Shown piece by piece: positions 1 to 11,156 of a stretch of DNA of 64,000 bases. The position numbers and the translations under genes were made by a program. The stretch is taken from positions 1,303 through 65,302 of the forward strand of contig CAMZLM010000019.1 of assembly GCA_947311485.1 (NCBI GenBank). The letters are read 5' to 3'. The DNA comes from an uncultured Rhodobacteraceae bacterium. Lineage in GTDB: Bacteria; Pseudomonadota; Alphaproteobacteria; Rhodobacterales; Rhodobacteraceae. Under the pieces are notes generated by a model. It worked only from the letters and a program-made list of their open reading frames with translations, made no database searches and had not been told where the DNA came from. Position 1 is the stretch's first letter, and the number at the start of each line of letters is the position of its first letter.

Positions 1-1031
1 TTATCCAGTCGAACACCCAGATTTTTTGCCAACTCCGCCGCGTCATCCAGCGAGTTTTGCGAGGTATATTCAGACGGCAGCATCACACAGCGCACGTTTT
101 CAGCGCCCAGCGCATCCACGGCAATCGTCGCCACAATCGCACTGTCGATGCCACCGGACAGCCCCAGCAAAACCTTCTTGAAACCGGTCTTGTCCATGTA
201 GTCACGCAAGCCTTGCAACATCACGCGGTAGTCCTGTTCCCATTCATCCACATGCGGGATTTTTTCACCCTCTACGGCCTCCCATCCATCCGTACCGCGG
301 GTGAAATCCACATGCGTAATGTATTCGTCAAACAGCGGCATTTGCATGGCCAGCCGCCCCCCACGATTGAGCACAAACGACCCGCCATCAAAAATTTGGT
401 CATCCTGCCCACCGACCATATTCAGATAGACCAACGGCAAATCATTTTCCACCACTCGTGCGACCATGTGATTGATTCTACGATCAAATTTACCACGATA
501 ATAGGGGGATCCATTCGGCACTACAAAAATTTCCGCACCGGACTCCGCCAGTGTTTCGCAGACTTCCGCATGCCAGGCATCCTCGCAAACCGGGATGCCG
601 ATACGGACACCCTTCACACTTATCGGGCCGGAAATCGGGCCGTGTTCAAACAAGCGACGCTCGTCAAATACGTCGGAGTTGGGCAGCTCGTGTTTCCGTA
701 CGGTCGCCGCGATTTCCCCGCCCTTCAGCACAAAATAAGCGTTGTACAATCGCCCGTCTTCCAGCAACGGCGCCCCGATGCCGATGGCCGGACCACCAGC
801 ACAGTTCCGCGCCAGAATTTCCAAATGCGCCATCGCGTTCCGGGTGAATGCCTCGCGCAGGACCAGATCCTGTGCCTGATAACCGGTAACAAACATTTCC
901 GGCAACACCAGCATATCTGCCCCTGCCGCATCCGCCACCGCGTGGGCCTTGGCCGCCTTGGCGATATTACCGGCAAAATCACCCACAGTCGGGTTCAATT
1001 GTGCCAGTGTCAGTCGCAGTTTATCTTGCAT
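1..1031 (-). CDS. nadE: Glutamine-dependent NAD+ synthetase (C-terminal part lies beyond the window start)
   Basis: Not in the ORF track; translated by hand on the minus strand. Starts MQDKLRLTLAQLNPTVGDFAGN (ATG at 1031, nitrilase-like domain) and contains GLRDYMDKTGFKKVLLGLSGGIDSAIVA (SGGxDS ATP-pyrophosphatase motif). Confidence 0.93.
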   Translation of the reverse strand, partial: MQDKLRLTLAQLNPTVGDFAGNIAKAAKAHAVADAAGADMLVLPEMFVTGYQAQDLVLREAFTRNAMAHLEILARNCAGGPAIGIGAPLLEDGRLYNAYFVLKGGEIAATVRKHELPNSDVFDERRLFEHGPISGPISVKGVRIGIPVCEDAWHAEVCETLAESGAEIFVVPNGSPYYRGKFDRRINHMVARVVENDLPLVYLNMVGGQDDQIFDGGSFVLNRGGRLAMQMPLFDEYITHVDFTRGTDGWEAVEGEKIPHVDEWEQDYRVMLQGLRDYMDKTGFKKVLLGLSGGIDSAIVATIAVDALGAENVRCVMLPSEYTSQNSLDDAAELAKNLGVRLD

Positions 1032-1143
1032 AAAACCATCCTTTTGCAGCCCGAAAAGAGCGTTAACTGCTTTTCAACAGGTTTCACAGAACAAACACAA
1101 GATGCAAGAACCCTTGTCAGGCATTTTTCAACCGCTTAGAACT

Positions 1144-2637
1144 ATGTCAAAATCCGTAACAAGATCAAATCCAAACAGGAGGGCCGGATCCATTTCCGGG
1201 GCCAACATATTGAAAAAACAAACATCGCTTGCATTTGTCCTGTCCGCCGTTTCTGCAATCTCGCTTGGTGCCACACCAGGTTTTGCCCAGTCCGCCGGCC
1301 AGATCGTAACCAAACAATACGACACCGGCGGTGTGTACGAAGGCACATTCAAGGATGGCAAGCAACACGGGATCGGCACCTATCGTTTGCCAAACGGCTA
1401 TGAATACAGCGGCGAATGGGTTGAAGGCGTGATTCAGGGCAAAGGCACGGCACGGTTTCCCAACGGGTCGGTTTACGAGGGCGACTTTGCCAATGGCAAA
1501 CCCGAAGGCACCGGCAAAATTACCTTTGCAGATGGGGGCACTTATGAGGGCAGCTGGGTCAAAGGGAAAATATCCGGACGCGGCGTGGCCAAATATGCCA
1601 ATGGCGTGGTTTATGAAGGCGAATTTTCCGAAGCCCAGCACCACGGCAAAGGCACCCTGACCAGCCCGAACGGATTTCGGTACGAAGGCGATTGGGAGAG
1701 AGGCGAGAAAAACGGCATCGGCAAAATTACCTATCCGGATGGCGCGACCTATTCGGGCCATGTGGTTGCCGGCGTGCGCGATGGCAAAGGCGCGATGACC
1801 ACACCGGATGGCATGACCTATGACGGCGACTGGAAGAACGGCCAGATCACCGGATACGGCGTCCTGAAACAGGCCAATGGCGATGTCTACGAAGGCCAGC
1901 TGGTCAAAGGCCTGCGCAATGGCAAAGGCAAGATCACCTATACCAACGGTGATATTTACGAAGGCCAATTCAAAAACCACAAACGCAACGGTGTTGGTAC
2001 CTTTATCGGGGCCGGCGGCGACAGCTATACCGGCCAATGGGTCGACGGCGTGATCGAGGGCAAGGGAAAAATCACTTATCCGGACGGGTCTTCCTATGAG
2101 GGCGATTTCAAAAATAACGTCGCCGACGGCTTTGGCAAAATTACCTATGCAGACAAAAGCACCTACGAAGGCCAGTGGGTCAAAGGCGGCATCGAAGGCA
2201 AAGGCATTGCCCGCTATCCCAATGGCGTTGTCTATGAAGGCGAATTCCGCGATGCCCGCAATCATGGCAAGGGCAAGATGACCCACAAAGACGGTTATTC
2301 CTATGATGGCGACTGGGTGGATGGCGTGCGTCAGGGCAAAGGCGTCGCCACCTATCCAGACGGATCCGTTTATGAGGGTGACTTTGTGAATGGCAAACGC
2401 AGCGGGCAGGGTAAAATCACCATGACCGACGGGTTCAGCTATGAAGGTGACTGGAAAGACGGCGTGATCGAAGGCACCGGCACAGCCACCTATGCCAATG
2501 GCGATGTCTATACCGGCAGCTTTGCCAACGGGCAGCGTCAGGGGGCGGGAAAAATGACCTATGCCACCGGCGAACAATATGACGGTTTCTGGAAAGACGG
2601 CAAACAATCCACCAAGGCCGAGGCTGGCTCCGAATAA
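1144..2637 (+). CDS. MORN-repeat protein with N-terminal signal peptide (18 full + 1 partial 23-aa repeats)
   Basis: ORF 949..2637; likely start ATG 1144. Hydrophobic segment ending ...PGFAQ, then tandem GxxYxGxW/FxxGxxxGxGxxxYxx repeats from 1327. Confidence 0.9.
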   Translation: MSKSVTRSNPNRRAGSISGANILKKQTSLAFVLSAVSAISLGATPGFAQSAGQIVTKQYDTGGVYEGTFKDGKQHGIGTYRLPNGYEYSGEWVEGVIQGKGTARFPNGSVYEGDFANGKPEGTGKITFADGGTYEGSWVKGKISGRGVAKYANGVVYEGEFSEAQHHGKGTLTSPNGFRYEGDWERGEKNGIGKITYPDGATYSGHVVAGVRDGKGAMTTPDGMTYDGDWKNGQITGYGVLKQANGDVYEGQLVKGLRNGKGKITYTNGDIYEGQFKNHKRNGVGTFIGAGGDSYTGQWVDGVIEGKGKITYPDGSSYEGDFKNNVADGFGKITYADKSTYEGQWVKGGIEGKGIARYPNGVVYEGEFRDARNHGKGKMTHKDGYSYDGDWVDGVRQGKGVATYPDGSVYEGDFVNGKRSGQGKITMTDGFSYEGDWKDGVIEGTGTATYANGDVYTGSFANGQRQGAGKMTYATGEQYDGFWKDGKQSTKAEAGSE

Positions 2638-2692
2638 ACCCCTGCCGAATTTTCCTCTTTCCATTGGCAAAAATCCGGCTATAACTGCGGAC

Positions 2693-2776
2693 ATGGTACA
2701 AAGCGCACATAAGTCTGTTATTCTGGTTGCTCCTGCAACCGGTCTCATTGCGCGCCTACTCCTTAGCCGCCTCTGA
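2693..2776 (+). CDS. Putative leuA leader peptide MVQSAHKSVILVAPATGLIARLLLSRL (27 aa)
   Basis: ATG 2693, TGA 2774-2776. Leu codons cluster at the end (CTC..CTA CTC CTT..CTC), directly upstream of leuA. Confidence 0.6.
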   Translation: MVQSAHKSVILVAPATGLIARLLLSRL

Positions 2777-2828
2777 GCGTGTCGGGGTTTTCGACGCGTG
2801 CGCTCGGAGGAGTTGAATTCGCGTCGGA
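2756..2828 (+). promoter_or_regulatory. Leucine-responsive attenuator-like RNA structure in the leuA leader
   Basis: CCTCTGAGCG (2770-79) pairs with CGCTCGGAGG (2801-10). CTACTCCT (Leu codons, 2756-63) pairs with AGGAGTTG (2808-15). CGACGCG (2792-98) can pair with CGTGTCG (2778-84) or CGCGTCG (2820-26). Confidence 0.6.
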
Positions 2829-2870
2829 ACATCACCCACAAAGCTAAGCAAAATTACAAGAGACATCGTT

Positions 2871-4418
2871 ATGACCAACAGTTCTGAACAAGACCACGTC
2901 TTGATATTCGACACGACCCTGCGCGACGGCGAACAAAGCCCGGGGGCCACCATGAGCCACAGCGAGAAGCTGGAAATCGCCGGCTTGCTTGATGACATGG
3001 GCGTCGACATCATCGAGGCCGGTTTTCCCATCGCTTCCGAAGGCGACTTTGAGGCCGTCAAGGAAATCGCCCGTCAGTCCAATAATTCGGTCATCTGTGG
3101 GCTGTCACGTGCCATTGATCGCGACATCGACCGTTGTTGGGAGGCCGTAAAACACGCGCGCCAGCCACGTATTCATACTTTCATCGGCACCTCACCGCAA
3201 CATCGCGCCATTCCGGACCTGACCATGGATGAAATGGCCGATGTAATCCACAACACCGTTACCCACGCGCGCAACCTGTGCGATAATGTGCAGTGGTCCC
3301 CCATGGATGCCACCCGCACCGAAGAAGACTACCTCTGCCGGGTTGTGGAAATCGCCATCAAAGCCGGGGCAACCACCATCAACGTCCCCGATACCGTCGG
3401 GTACACCGCCCCACGCGAAAGCGCTTCCCTGATCCGGATGTTGCTGGAACGGGTGCCGGGCGCAGATGAAATCATTTTTGCCACCCATTGCCACAATGAT
3501 CTGGGCATGGCCACCGCCAATGCCCTGTCCGCAGTCGAGGCCGGTGCCCGCCAAATCGAATGCACCATCAATGGTCTGGGCGAACGCGCCGGAAATACCG
3601 CATTGGAAGAGGTCGTGATGGCCATGCGGGTGCGTAACGACATCATGCCCTACCACACCGGCATAGACACCACCAAAATCATGAACCTGTCACGCCGTGT
3701 GGCCACGGTTTCCGGTTTTCAGGTGCAATACAACAAGGCTATCGTCGGCAAGAACGCCTTTGCCCACGAAAGCGGCATCCATCAGGACGGCATGTTGAAA
3801 AATGCCGATACCTTTGAAATCATGCGCCCCGAGGACATCGGCCTGTCCGAAACCAATCTGGTGATGGGCAAACATTCCGGCCGTGCGGCGTTGCGGTCAA
3901 AATTATCGGATCTGGGCTATGAGCTTGCCGACAATCAATTGCGCGATGTGTTTGTCCGGTTCAAGGAACTGGCCGATCGCAAAAAGGAAATTTATGACGA
4001 TGACCTGCTCGCGCTGGTCAACGACGAAGGTACGCTGGCTGCCAATGACCATATCAAGGTCAAGGAACTGACCGTTGTTTGCGGCACCAACGGCCCGCAA
4101 ACCGCCGATTTGACCCTGACCATCGACGGGCAGGACAAACAGACCAAGGTCATCGGTGACGGCCCGGTAGATGCGGCCTTTAAGGCGGTCAAGGAACTGT
4201 TCCCCCACGGCGCGCGCTTGCAACTGTATCAGGTTCATGCCGTGACCGAAGGCACCGATGCACAGGCCACCGTGACTGTGCGCATGGAAGAGGACGGCAA
4301 AATCGTGGTCGGCCAATCCGCCGACACAGACACGGTTGTCGCCAGTACCAAAGCCTATGTGAACGCATTGAACAAGCTGCTGGTGCGGCGCGAAAAGAGT
4401 GCGCCAGCGCCGGCCTAA
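2871..4418 (+). CDS. leuA: 2-isopropylmalate synthase
   Basis: DTTLRDGEQ, HCHNDLG, GERAGN and HESGIHQDG motifs plus C-terminal regulatory domain. Confidence 0.97.
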   Translation: MTNSSEQDHVLIFDTTLRDGEQSPGATMSHSEKLEIAGLLDDMGVDIIEAGFPIASEGDFEAVKEIARQSNNSVICGLSRAIDRDIDRCWEAVKHARQPRIHTFIGTSPQHRAIPDLTMDEMADVIHNTVTHARNLCDNVQWSPMDATRTEEDYLCRVVEIAIKAGATTINVPDTVGYTAPRESASLIRMLLERVPGADEIIFATHCHNDLGMATANALSAVEAGARQIECTINGLGERAGNTALEEVVMAMRVRNDIMPYHTGIDTTKIMNLSRRVATVSGFQVQYNKAIVGKNAFAHESGIHQDGMLKNADTFEIMRPEDIGLSETNLVMGKHSGRAALRSKLSDLGYELADNQLRDVFVRFKELADRKKEIYDDDLLALVNDEGTLAANDHIKVKELTVVCGTNGPQTADLTLTIDGQDKQTKVIGDGPVDAAFKAVKELFPHGARLQLYQVHAVTEGTDAQATVTVRMEEDGKIVVGQSADTDTVVASTKAYVNALNKLLVRREKSAPAPA

Positions 4419-4449
4419 TCCGGCAGACCATGATTCTCATGTGATTTCC

Positions 4450-4476
4450 CAACGGGCGCAGTTTTTGTGCCCGTTG
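4450..4476 (+). terminator. Hairpin after leuA (probable terminator)
   Basis: CAACGGGCGC-AGTTTTT-GTGCCCGTTG, 10-bp stem with one G-U pair; only a weak U-tract follows. Confidence 0.55.
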
Positions 4477-4538
4477 TTCGATTTGTGCTATTAAATTGTA
4501 TAATTACCCCCTTTGGCTTGGGTATATAGGCGGCATAA

Positions 4539-5699
<1,161 letters not shown>

Positions 5700-5748
5700 A
5701 CACCCGTGCCAAGGGCACAGGTCGGGCAGCGATCAAACGGGGGCCTGA

Positions 5749-6642
5749 ATGGCGGCACACCCAGACAACAACGCATATTTCGGGCGCTCGCTTCGGCGTG
5801 TGTTGATTGGTGTGCTGTGTGTGGTGTTGCTGGCGCTGTTTTTACTGTGGCGCATTGACAATCCGCGTGCGGAACGGTTCCGCATGGCCATTATCGACCG
5901 GTTTGTCCCCAACATGGAATGGGCGCTGACGCCATTGACGCTGGTATCGCGGATGGCCAATGAATTTCAATCCTATAACCGGCTTTATTCCCAAAATCAG
6001 GAATTGCGCCGCGAATTACAGCAAATGAAAGCTTGGCGCGAGGCCGCGTTGCAGTTGCGCCAGAAGAACGCCAAGTTGCTGGACCTCAACAAGGTAAAAC
6101 TCAGCCCGAAGCTGACCTACACAACCGGTGTGGTTCTAACCGATAGCGGCAGCCCGTTTCGCCAATCCGCCCTGATCAATATTGGCCGTCACGATGGCAT
6201 TGTCGATGGCTGGGCGGTAATGGATGGGCTGGGCCTTGTCGGGCGCATTTCCGGCCTTGGGCAAAATTCTGCGCGGGTGCTGTTTGTCACCGACAGTTCC
6301 AGCCGCATTCCCGTGCAGATCACCCCTTCTGGCCAAAAGGCTATTCTAACGGGCGACAATTCCCCTCTGCCACCGCTTGAATTCGTTGACACCGTTGATC
6401 AGGTTCATGCGGGGGATCGGGTCGTCACCACCGGAGACGGCGGCGTTTTCCCGCCAGAATTGCTAGTGGGGGCGGTGATTTTGGGGGCTGACGGACGGTT
6501 ACGGGTCAAGCTCTCTGCCCAGTATCGCCGATTGGAGTTTTTGCGGGTGTTGCGTTATTTGCCCAACCCGCCGATCACCGATCCCGGTTCCCTGATCGGA
6601 CCAAAAAAATCAGGGCAAACTCCGGTAGACAGCAATGGATGA
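5749..6642 (+). CDS. mreC: Rod shape-determining protein MreC
   Basis: N-terminal TM, coiled coil, GLVGRI and VVTTGDGGVFPPELLVG; operon position. Confidence 0.93.
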   Translation: MAAHPDNNAYFGRSLRRVLIGVLCVVLLALFLLWRIDNPRAERFRMAIIDRFVPNMEWALTPLTLVSRMANEFQSYNRLYSQNQELRRELQQMKAWREAALQLRQKNAKLLDLNKVKLSPKLTYTTGVVLTDSGSPFRQSALINIGRHDGIVDGWAVMDGLGLVGRISGLGQNSARVLFVTDSSSRIPVQITPSGQKAILTGDNSPLPPLEFVDTVDQVHAGDRVVTTGDGGVFPPELLVGAVILGADGRLRVKLSAQYRRLEFLRVLRYLPNPPITDPGSLIGPKKSGQTPVDSNG

Positions 6643-7174
6643 CATCAGCCCCTTTCAGTTCTGGATGCGGCGGGGAATTTATCTTGGCCTTGGGGTGTTG
6701 CTGTTGTTACAAGCGATCATTCCGCTGAACCTAGAGGCGACCCACATCCCCGGACCGGATGTTTTATACGCGATCACAATGGCATATGTCATCCGCCGGC
6801 CCGAATATGCACCGCTATGGGCCATCGTGGCGATTTTCTTTTTGCGCGACGTGCTCACTATGGCCCCGCTCGGGCTTGGCACCTTATTATTTCTGATCGC
6901 AACCGAAATTGTGCGCTCCAACCTTCAAGCATTTCGCGAATATTTCTTTGGTATTGAATGGCTCTGGGTGAGCGTGATTTATGGACTGATCCTGCTCGTT
7001 CAAACCTTGATTTTATCGCTCAGCGTCAGCTTTACACCAAAATTTGTTGACCTTCTGTACCAGTTCCTTTTTACCGCGCTGGTCTACCCTGTTATTGTGC
7101 TGATCATGCGCTATCTATTTGCCATAGATCGCCCGGCTGCGGGCAAAACCGATGCACGGGGGCACCACATATGA
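6635..7174 (+). CDS. mreD: Rod shape-determining protein MreD
   Basis: Polytopic hydrophobic protein with PGPD motif between mreC and mrdA. Confidence 0.85.
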   Translation: MDDISPFQFWMRRGIYLGLGVLLLLQAIIPLNLEATHIPGPDVLYAITMAYVIRRPEYAPLWAIVAIFFLRDVLTMAPLGLGTLLFLIATEIVRSNLQAFREYFFGIEWLWVSVIYGLILLVQTLILSLSVSFTPKFVDLLYQFLFTALVYPVIVLIMRYLFAIDRPAAGKTDARGHHI

Positions 7175-9078
7175 AACAGCCCAAAGGCCCCGGCGAAAAA
7201 CGCCAAATCCTTACACGACGGTCCCTTGTTTTAGGGGGCGCGATGGGCGGCGTCATGACCATTTTGGGCTGGCGTATGCGCCAGCTCGGAGTCAAGCAGA
7301 GCGACCAGTTTCGTCTGCTGGCCGAAGAAAACCGGATCAATATCCGCCTCATTCCACCCACACGTGGCCTGATTTTTGACCGCCGCGGCATGGCGCTGGC
7401 CTATAATGAACCAGTCTATAAAATCGACATGGTGCGCGAGCAGGCCAAAGATCCGGAAGCGGTGTTGCGCCGGTTGGCCGATTTAATCCCGCTGAGCAAT
7501 GAAGACATCGACAAAGCCTTAGCAACCATGCGCAAACGGCGGGCTTTTGTGCCGGTGACCGTGGCGCAGGATCTGGACTGGAGCCACATCGCGGCAGTGT
7601 CGGCAAACGCCCCTGCCCTGCCCGGCATTTCCCCCGAACTGGGCCATTATCGCATCTACCCCTATGCCGAGGATTTCGCCCATATTCTGGGCCGTGTCGG
7701 ACCGGTGAGCGATTACGACCTGAAGAAAATCAACGACAAAGACCCGCTTTTGTTAATTCCGCGTTTTCAAATTGGCAAAACCGGTGTGGAAAACAAACTC
7801 GACCGACGGCTGCGTGGCGAAGCAGGTGAAAAACGCATCGAGGTCAATGCCATCGGCCGCGTGATGCGGGTTCTGAGCCGTGAAGAACCCAAAGCCGGTG
7901 CAAATTTACAGGTCACCATTGACAACCGCTTGCAAAAATTCGCGCTCAAACGAATCGAAGGCCAAAGCGCGGCCGTGGTGGTGATGGATGTCAAGAATGG
8001 CGATCTGGTGGCGCTGGCATCAGCCCCCGGATATGATCCAAACATGTTTGTACGCGGGATTTCTGTGGACAACTGGAATGCGTTGAATACGGACAAATAC
8101 AAGCCTCTGTTGAATAAAACCGTAACCGGCCTGTATCCGCCGGGATCCACCTATAAAATGGTGTCGGCTCTTGCCGCACTCGAAGGCGGGTTTATCAAGC
8201 CCGAGGAGAAAATCTATTGTGGCGGTTATGTCGAGGTCTATGGCAACCGGTTTCATTGCTGGCGGCGCGGCGGACATGGCAAGATCGATTTAAAAAATTC
8301 GCTCAAGCAATCCTGTGATGTATACTACTATGAGCTGGCCCAACGTATTGGCGTTGAAAATATGTCGGCAATGGCACGCAAGCTCGGGATCGGGGTGGAA
8401 CACGATCTGGCCTTGCCCGGAGTGCGCGAAGGTGTGGCCCCGACGAAAGAATGGAAACGCACACGCAAGAAAAAAGACTGGGTTGTCGGGGATACCCTAA
8501 ACGCAGCAATTGGTCAGGGCTATGTTCTGGCCTCGCCGATGCAACTGGCAGTGATGACGGCACGCATTGCCTCTGGCACCAAGATTTCGCCGCGTCTACT
8601 GAATGCGGTGGATGACCGGCCTCAACCTGTCATCGGGCGGGAACCACTTGATATAAAACCTGAAAGCCTTGATCAGGTGCGCCGGGGTATGTTTGCTGTG
8701 GTCAACGAACCCGGTGGTACCGCACGGAGATCACGGCTCAAGATCAAGGGCATGAAAATGGCCGGAAAAACCGGCACATCCCAAGTCCGGTTTATCACCA
8801 AGGAAGAACGCGCACGCGGCGTGATCCGCAACAAGGACCTGCCGTGGGAACGGCGTGACCACGCCCTGTTCGTGGCCTTCGCCCCCTATGACAACCCGCG
8901 TTTTGCCATATCCGTGGTTGTTGAGCACGGCGGTGGCGGCTCCAAGGCTGCCGCTCCGATAGCCAAGGATGTGATGAGTTTTGCGCTCGAGCTCGAAGAA
9001 ATGAATTACAAAAAACCGGAAACGATCCGCACAGGAATACAGGCCACCAACCGCACACAAAAGGCGGACAAAGCATGA
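7171..9078 (+). CDS. mrdA: Penicillin-binding protein 2
   Basis: PGSTYK (SxxK), QSCDV (SxD variant), AGKTGT; dimerisation domain RGLIFDR. Confidence 0.95.
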   Translation: MKQPKGPGEKRQILTRRSLVLGGAMGGVMTILGWRMRQLGVKQSDQFRLLAEENRINIRLIPPTRGLIFDRRGMALAYNEPVYKIDMVREQAKDPEAVLRRLADLIPLSNEDIDKALATMRKRRAFVPVTVAQDLDWSHIAAVSANAPALPGISPELGHYRIYPYAEDFAHILGRVGPVSDYDLKKINDKDPLLLIPRFQIGKTGVENKLDRRLRGEAGEKRIEVNAIGRVMRVLSREEPKAGANLQVTIDNRLQKFALKRIEGQSAAVVVMDVKNGDLVALASAPGYDPNMFVRGISVDNWNALNTDKYKPLLNKTVTGLYPPGSTYKMVSALAALEGGFIKPEEKIYCGGYVEVYGNRFHCWRRGGHGKIDLKNSLKQSCDVYYYELAQRIGVENMSAMARKLGIGVEHDLALPGVREGVAPTKEWKRTRKKKDWVVGDTLNAAIGQGYVLASPMQLAVMTARIASGTKISPRLLNAVDDRPQPVIGREPLDIKPESLDQVRRGMFAVVNEPGGTARRSRLKIKGMKMAGKTGTSQVRFITKEERARGVIRNKDLPWERRDHALFVAFAPYDNPRFAISVVVEHGGGGSKAAAPIAKDVMSFALELEEMNYKKPETIRTGIQATNRTQKADKA

Positions 9079-10214
9079 GTTATCTGGACTATAACCTGAA
9101 AACCGCGCCAACCGGCCTGTCCAAGATCCTCTATTTCAACTGGGGGCTGGCGCTGCTGCTGGCTGCGGTCAGCTGTGCCGGTTTTCTGATGCTCTATTCG
9201 GTGGCTGGCGGCGATATGGAACGCTGGGCGCGCCCGCAAGTCATCCGCTTTGCCATGGGTATGGGGGCAATGGTGGTGATCGGATTTGTACCGCTGTATG
9301 TCTGGCGCGAAATGTCGGTCATCGCCTATGGTTTTACGCTGTTGCTGTTGATTGCGGTGCCGATCGTGGGATCGACCTCTATGGGGGCGCAGCGCTGGAT
9401 TGATCTGGGGTTTATGCGGCTGCAACCTTCCGAGCTAATGAAAGTCACCTTGGTGATGATGCTCGCGCGATACTATGACTGGCTGGATGTGCGCAAAATT
9501 TCACGGCCCTTGTGGGTGATCATCCCGGTTGTTCTCACGCTGGTGCCGACGTTTCTGGTGCTCAAGCAACCGGACCTTGGCACAGCACTTCTGTTGGTCG
9601 CCGGGGCCGGTGTGGTCATGTTTGTGGCTGGCGTAAGCTGGCTTTATTTCGGGGCGGCCATCACCGTTATTGTCTTGCTGGTCACAGCGGTGATCCAGAC
9701 CCAGGGCACCGAATACCAACTGCTGAAGGATTATCAGTACAAGCGAATTGAGATCTTTCTGGATCCATCCTCGGATCCGCTCGGCTCCGGTTACAACATC
9801 ACACAGGCGCAAATTGCGCTTGGCTCGGGCGGTGTGTCCGGCCGCGGGTTCATGCAAGGCACCCAGAGCCGGTTGAACTTCTTGCCGGAAAAACACACCG
9901 ATTTTATCTTTACCACCCTGGCCGAGGAATTCGGCTTTGTTGGCGGGATGATCCTGCTGACGCTTTACGGGCTGATCCTGTTGTTTTGCATTTCCTCCGC
10001 CTTGTCCAACCGTGACAGGTTCGGGGCATTGCTGACCATGGGGGTTGCGGCCACGTTTTTCTTTTATTTTTCGGTAAACATGTCGATGGTCATGGGATTG
10101 GCCCCTGTGGTTGGCGTGCCTTTGCCGCTTGTGTCTTATGGCGGATCTGCCATGCTGGTGCTGCTCGCTGCCTTTGGGCTGGTGCAGAGCGCCCATATCC
10201 ACCGTCCGAGGTAA
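9075..10214 (+). CDS. rodA: Rod shape-determining SEDS protein RodA
   Basis: GAQRWI, LQPSELMK, QPDLGT, PEKHTDFIF and LPLVSYGGS motifs. Confidence 0.96.
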   Translation: MSYLDYNLKTAPTGLSKILYFNWGLALLLAAVSCAGFLMLYSVAGGDMERWARPQVIRFAMGMGAMVVIGFVPLYVWREMSVIAYGFTLLLLIAVPIVGSTSMGAQRWIDLGFMRLQPSELMKVTLVMMLARYYDWLDVRKISRPLWVIIPVVLTLVPTFLVLKQPDLGTALLLVAGAGVVMFVAGVSWLYFGAAITVIVLLVTAVIQTQGTEYQLLKDYQYKRIEIFLDPSSDPLGSGYNITQAQIALGSGGVSGRGFMQGTQSRLNFLPEKHTDFIFTTLAEEFGFVGGMILLTLYGLILLFCISSALSNRDRFGALLTMGVAATFFFYFSVNMSMVMGLAPVVGVPLPLVSYGGSAMLVLLAAFGLVQSAHIHRPR

Positions 10215-10217
10215 ATC

Positions 10218-11156
10218 ATGTCACTCAAAGTCCTGTTTTGGGCCAAGCCGGATCAATGGCCGCTCTATGAACCCGCCTTGCGCGATGAATTCAACCGGCG
10301 TGGTATTCCAGTGGATCTGGTCAATGAAACCGATGATCCCGCCAACATCGAATACATCATCTATGCCCCGACGGGCAGTGATGACGATCTGTCACCCTTT
10401 ATCAACACCCGCCTGATCCAGAGCCTCTGGGCCGGACCGGACAAGCTGATTGCCAACCCCACCCTGACCCAGCCGCTGGCGCGGATGGTGGATCGGGGCA
10501 TGGCCGAAGGCATGGTCGATTATGTGGTCGGGAACGTGTTGCGCCATCATTTGAATACCGACAGGTTTACACAGGCAAAGCCGGGCGACTGGCTGCAACA
10601 ACACGCCCCGCCATTGGCCCGTAACCGCGTGGTCGGGGTGCTGGGCGTTGGCGCGCTTGGCATGGCATGTGCGCGGGCAGTGTATCGTCACGGGTTCAAG
10701 GTCATGGGCTGGAGCCGTTCCCCCAAGGCCGACGCGGACATCCTGTGCTTTGACGGTGCGGCCGGCCTGAACGCCGTGTTGCGCAGCAGCGATATTCTGG
10801 TGTTGCTCACCCCGCATACGCCGGAAACCGAAAACCTAATCAACGCACAGACCCTCGCGGTGATGCAGCCCGGCACCTCGATCATCAACCCCGCCCGTGG
10901 CGCGCTGATCGACGACACCGCCCTGTTGGACGCCCTGAATAGTGGCCATATTTCACAGGCCACGCTGGATGTGTTCCGCACCGAACCTCTGCCCGCCGAC
11001 CACCCCTATTGGACGCATCCAAACGTGCTGGTGACCCCGCATATTGCCTCTGAAACGCGGGTGGAATCTGCGGTCGAGGTCGCGGTTGAAAACATCCGCC
11101 GCGCCGAAAACGATGAAACACCGCGTTTTCTGGTGAACCGGAAACGGAGCTATTGA
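10218..11156 (+). CDS. ghrA: D-2-hydroxyacid dehydrogenase (glyoxylate/hydroxypyruvate reductase A-like)
   Basis: GVLGVGALG Rossmann motif, INPARG, LDVFRTEPLP, VTPHIAS. Confidence 0.8.
   Translation: MSLKVLFWAKPDQWPLYEPALRDEFNRRGIPVDLVNETDDPANIEYIIYAPTGSDDDLSPFINTRLIQSLWAGPDKLIANPTLTQPLARMVDRGMAEGMVDYVVGNVLRHHLNTDRFTQAKPGDWLQQHAPPLARNRVVGVLGVGALGMACARAVYRHGFKVMGWSRSPKADADILCFDGAAGLNAVLRSSDILVLLTPHTPETENLINAQTLAVMQPGTSIINPARGALIDDTALLDALNSGHISQATLDVFRTEPLPADHPYWTHPNVLVTPHIASETRVESAVEVAVENIRRAENDETPRFLVNRKRSY

Noticed and set aside
57-1139. 360-aa plus-strand ORF
   Set aside because: Antisense shadow of nadE, which has clear motifs on the minus strand.
1165-2841. 558-aa minus-strand ORF and the periodic DNA under it
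   Set aside because: Shadow of the MORN gene. The periodicity is degenerate coding repeats, not a CRISPR array (no identical repeats with unique spacers).
4491-4505. Possible CtrA box upstream of mreB (and TTAAC half-sites near 22486 and 22531)
   Set aside because: None fits TTAA-N7-TTAA.
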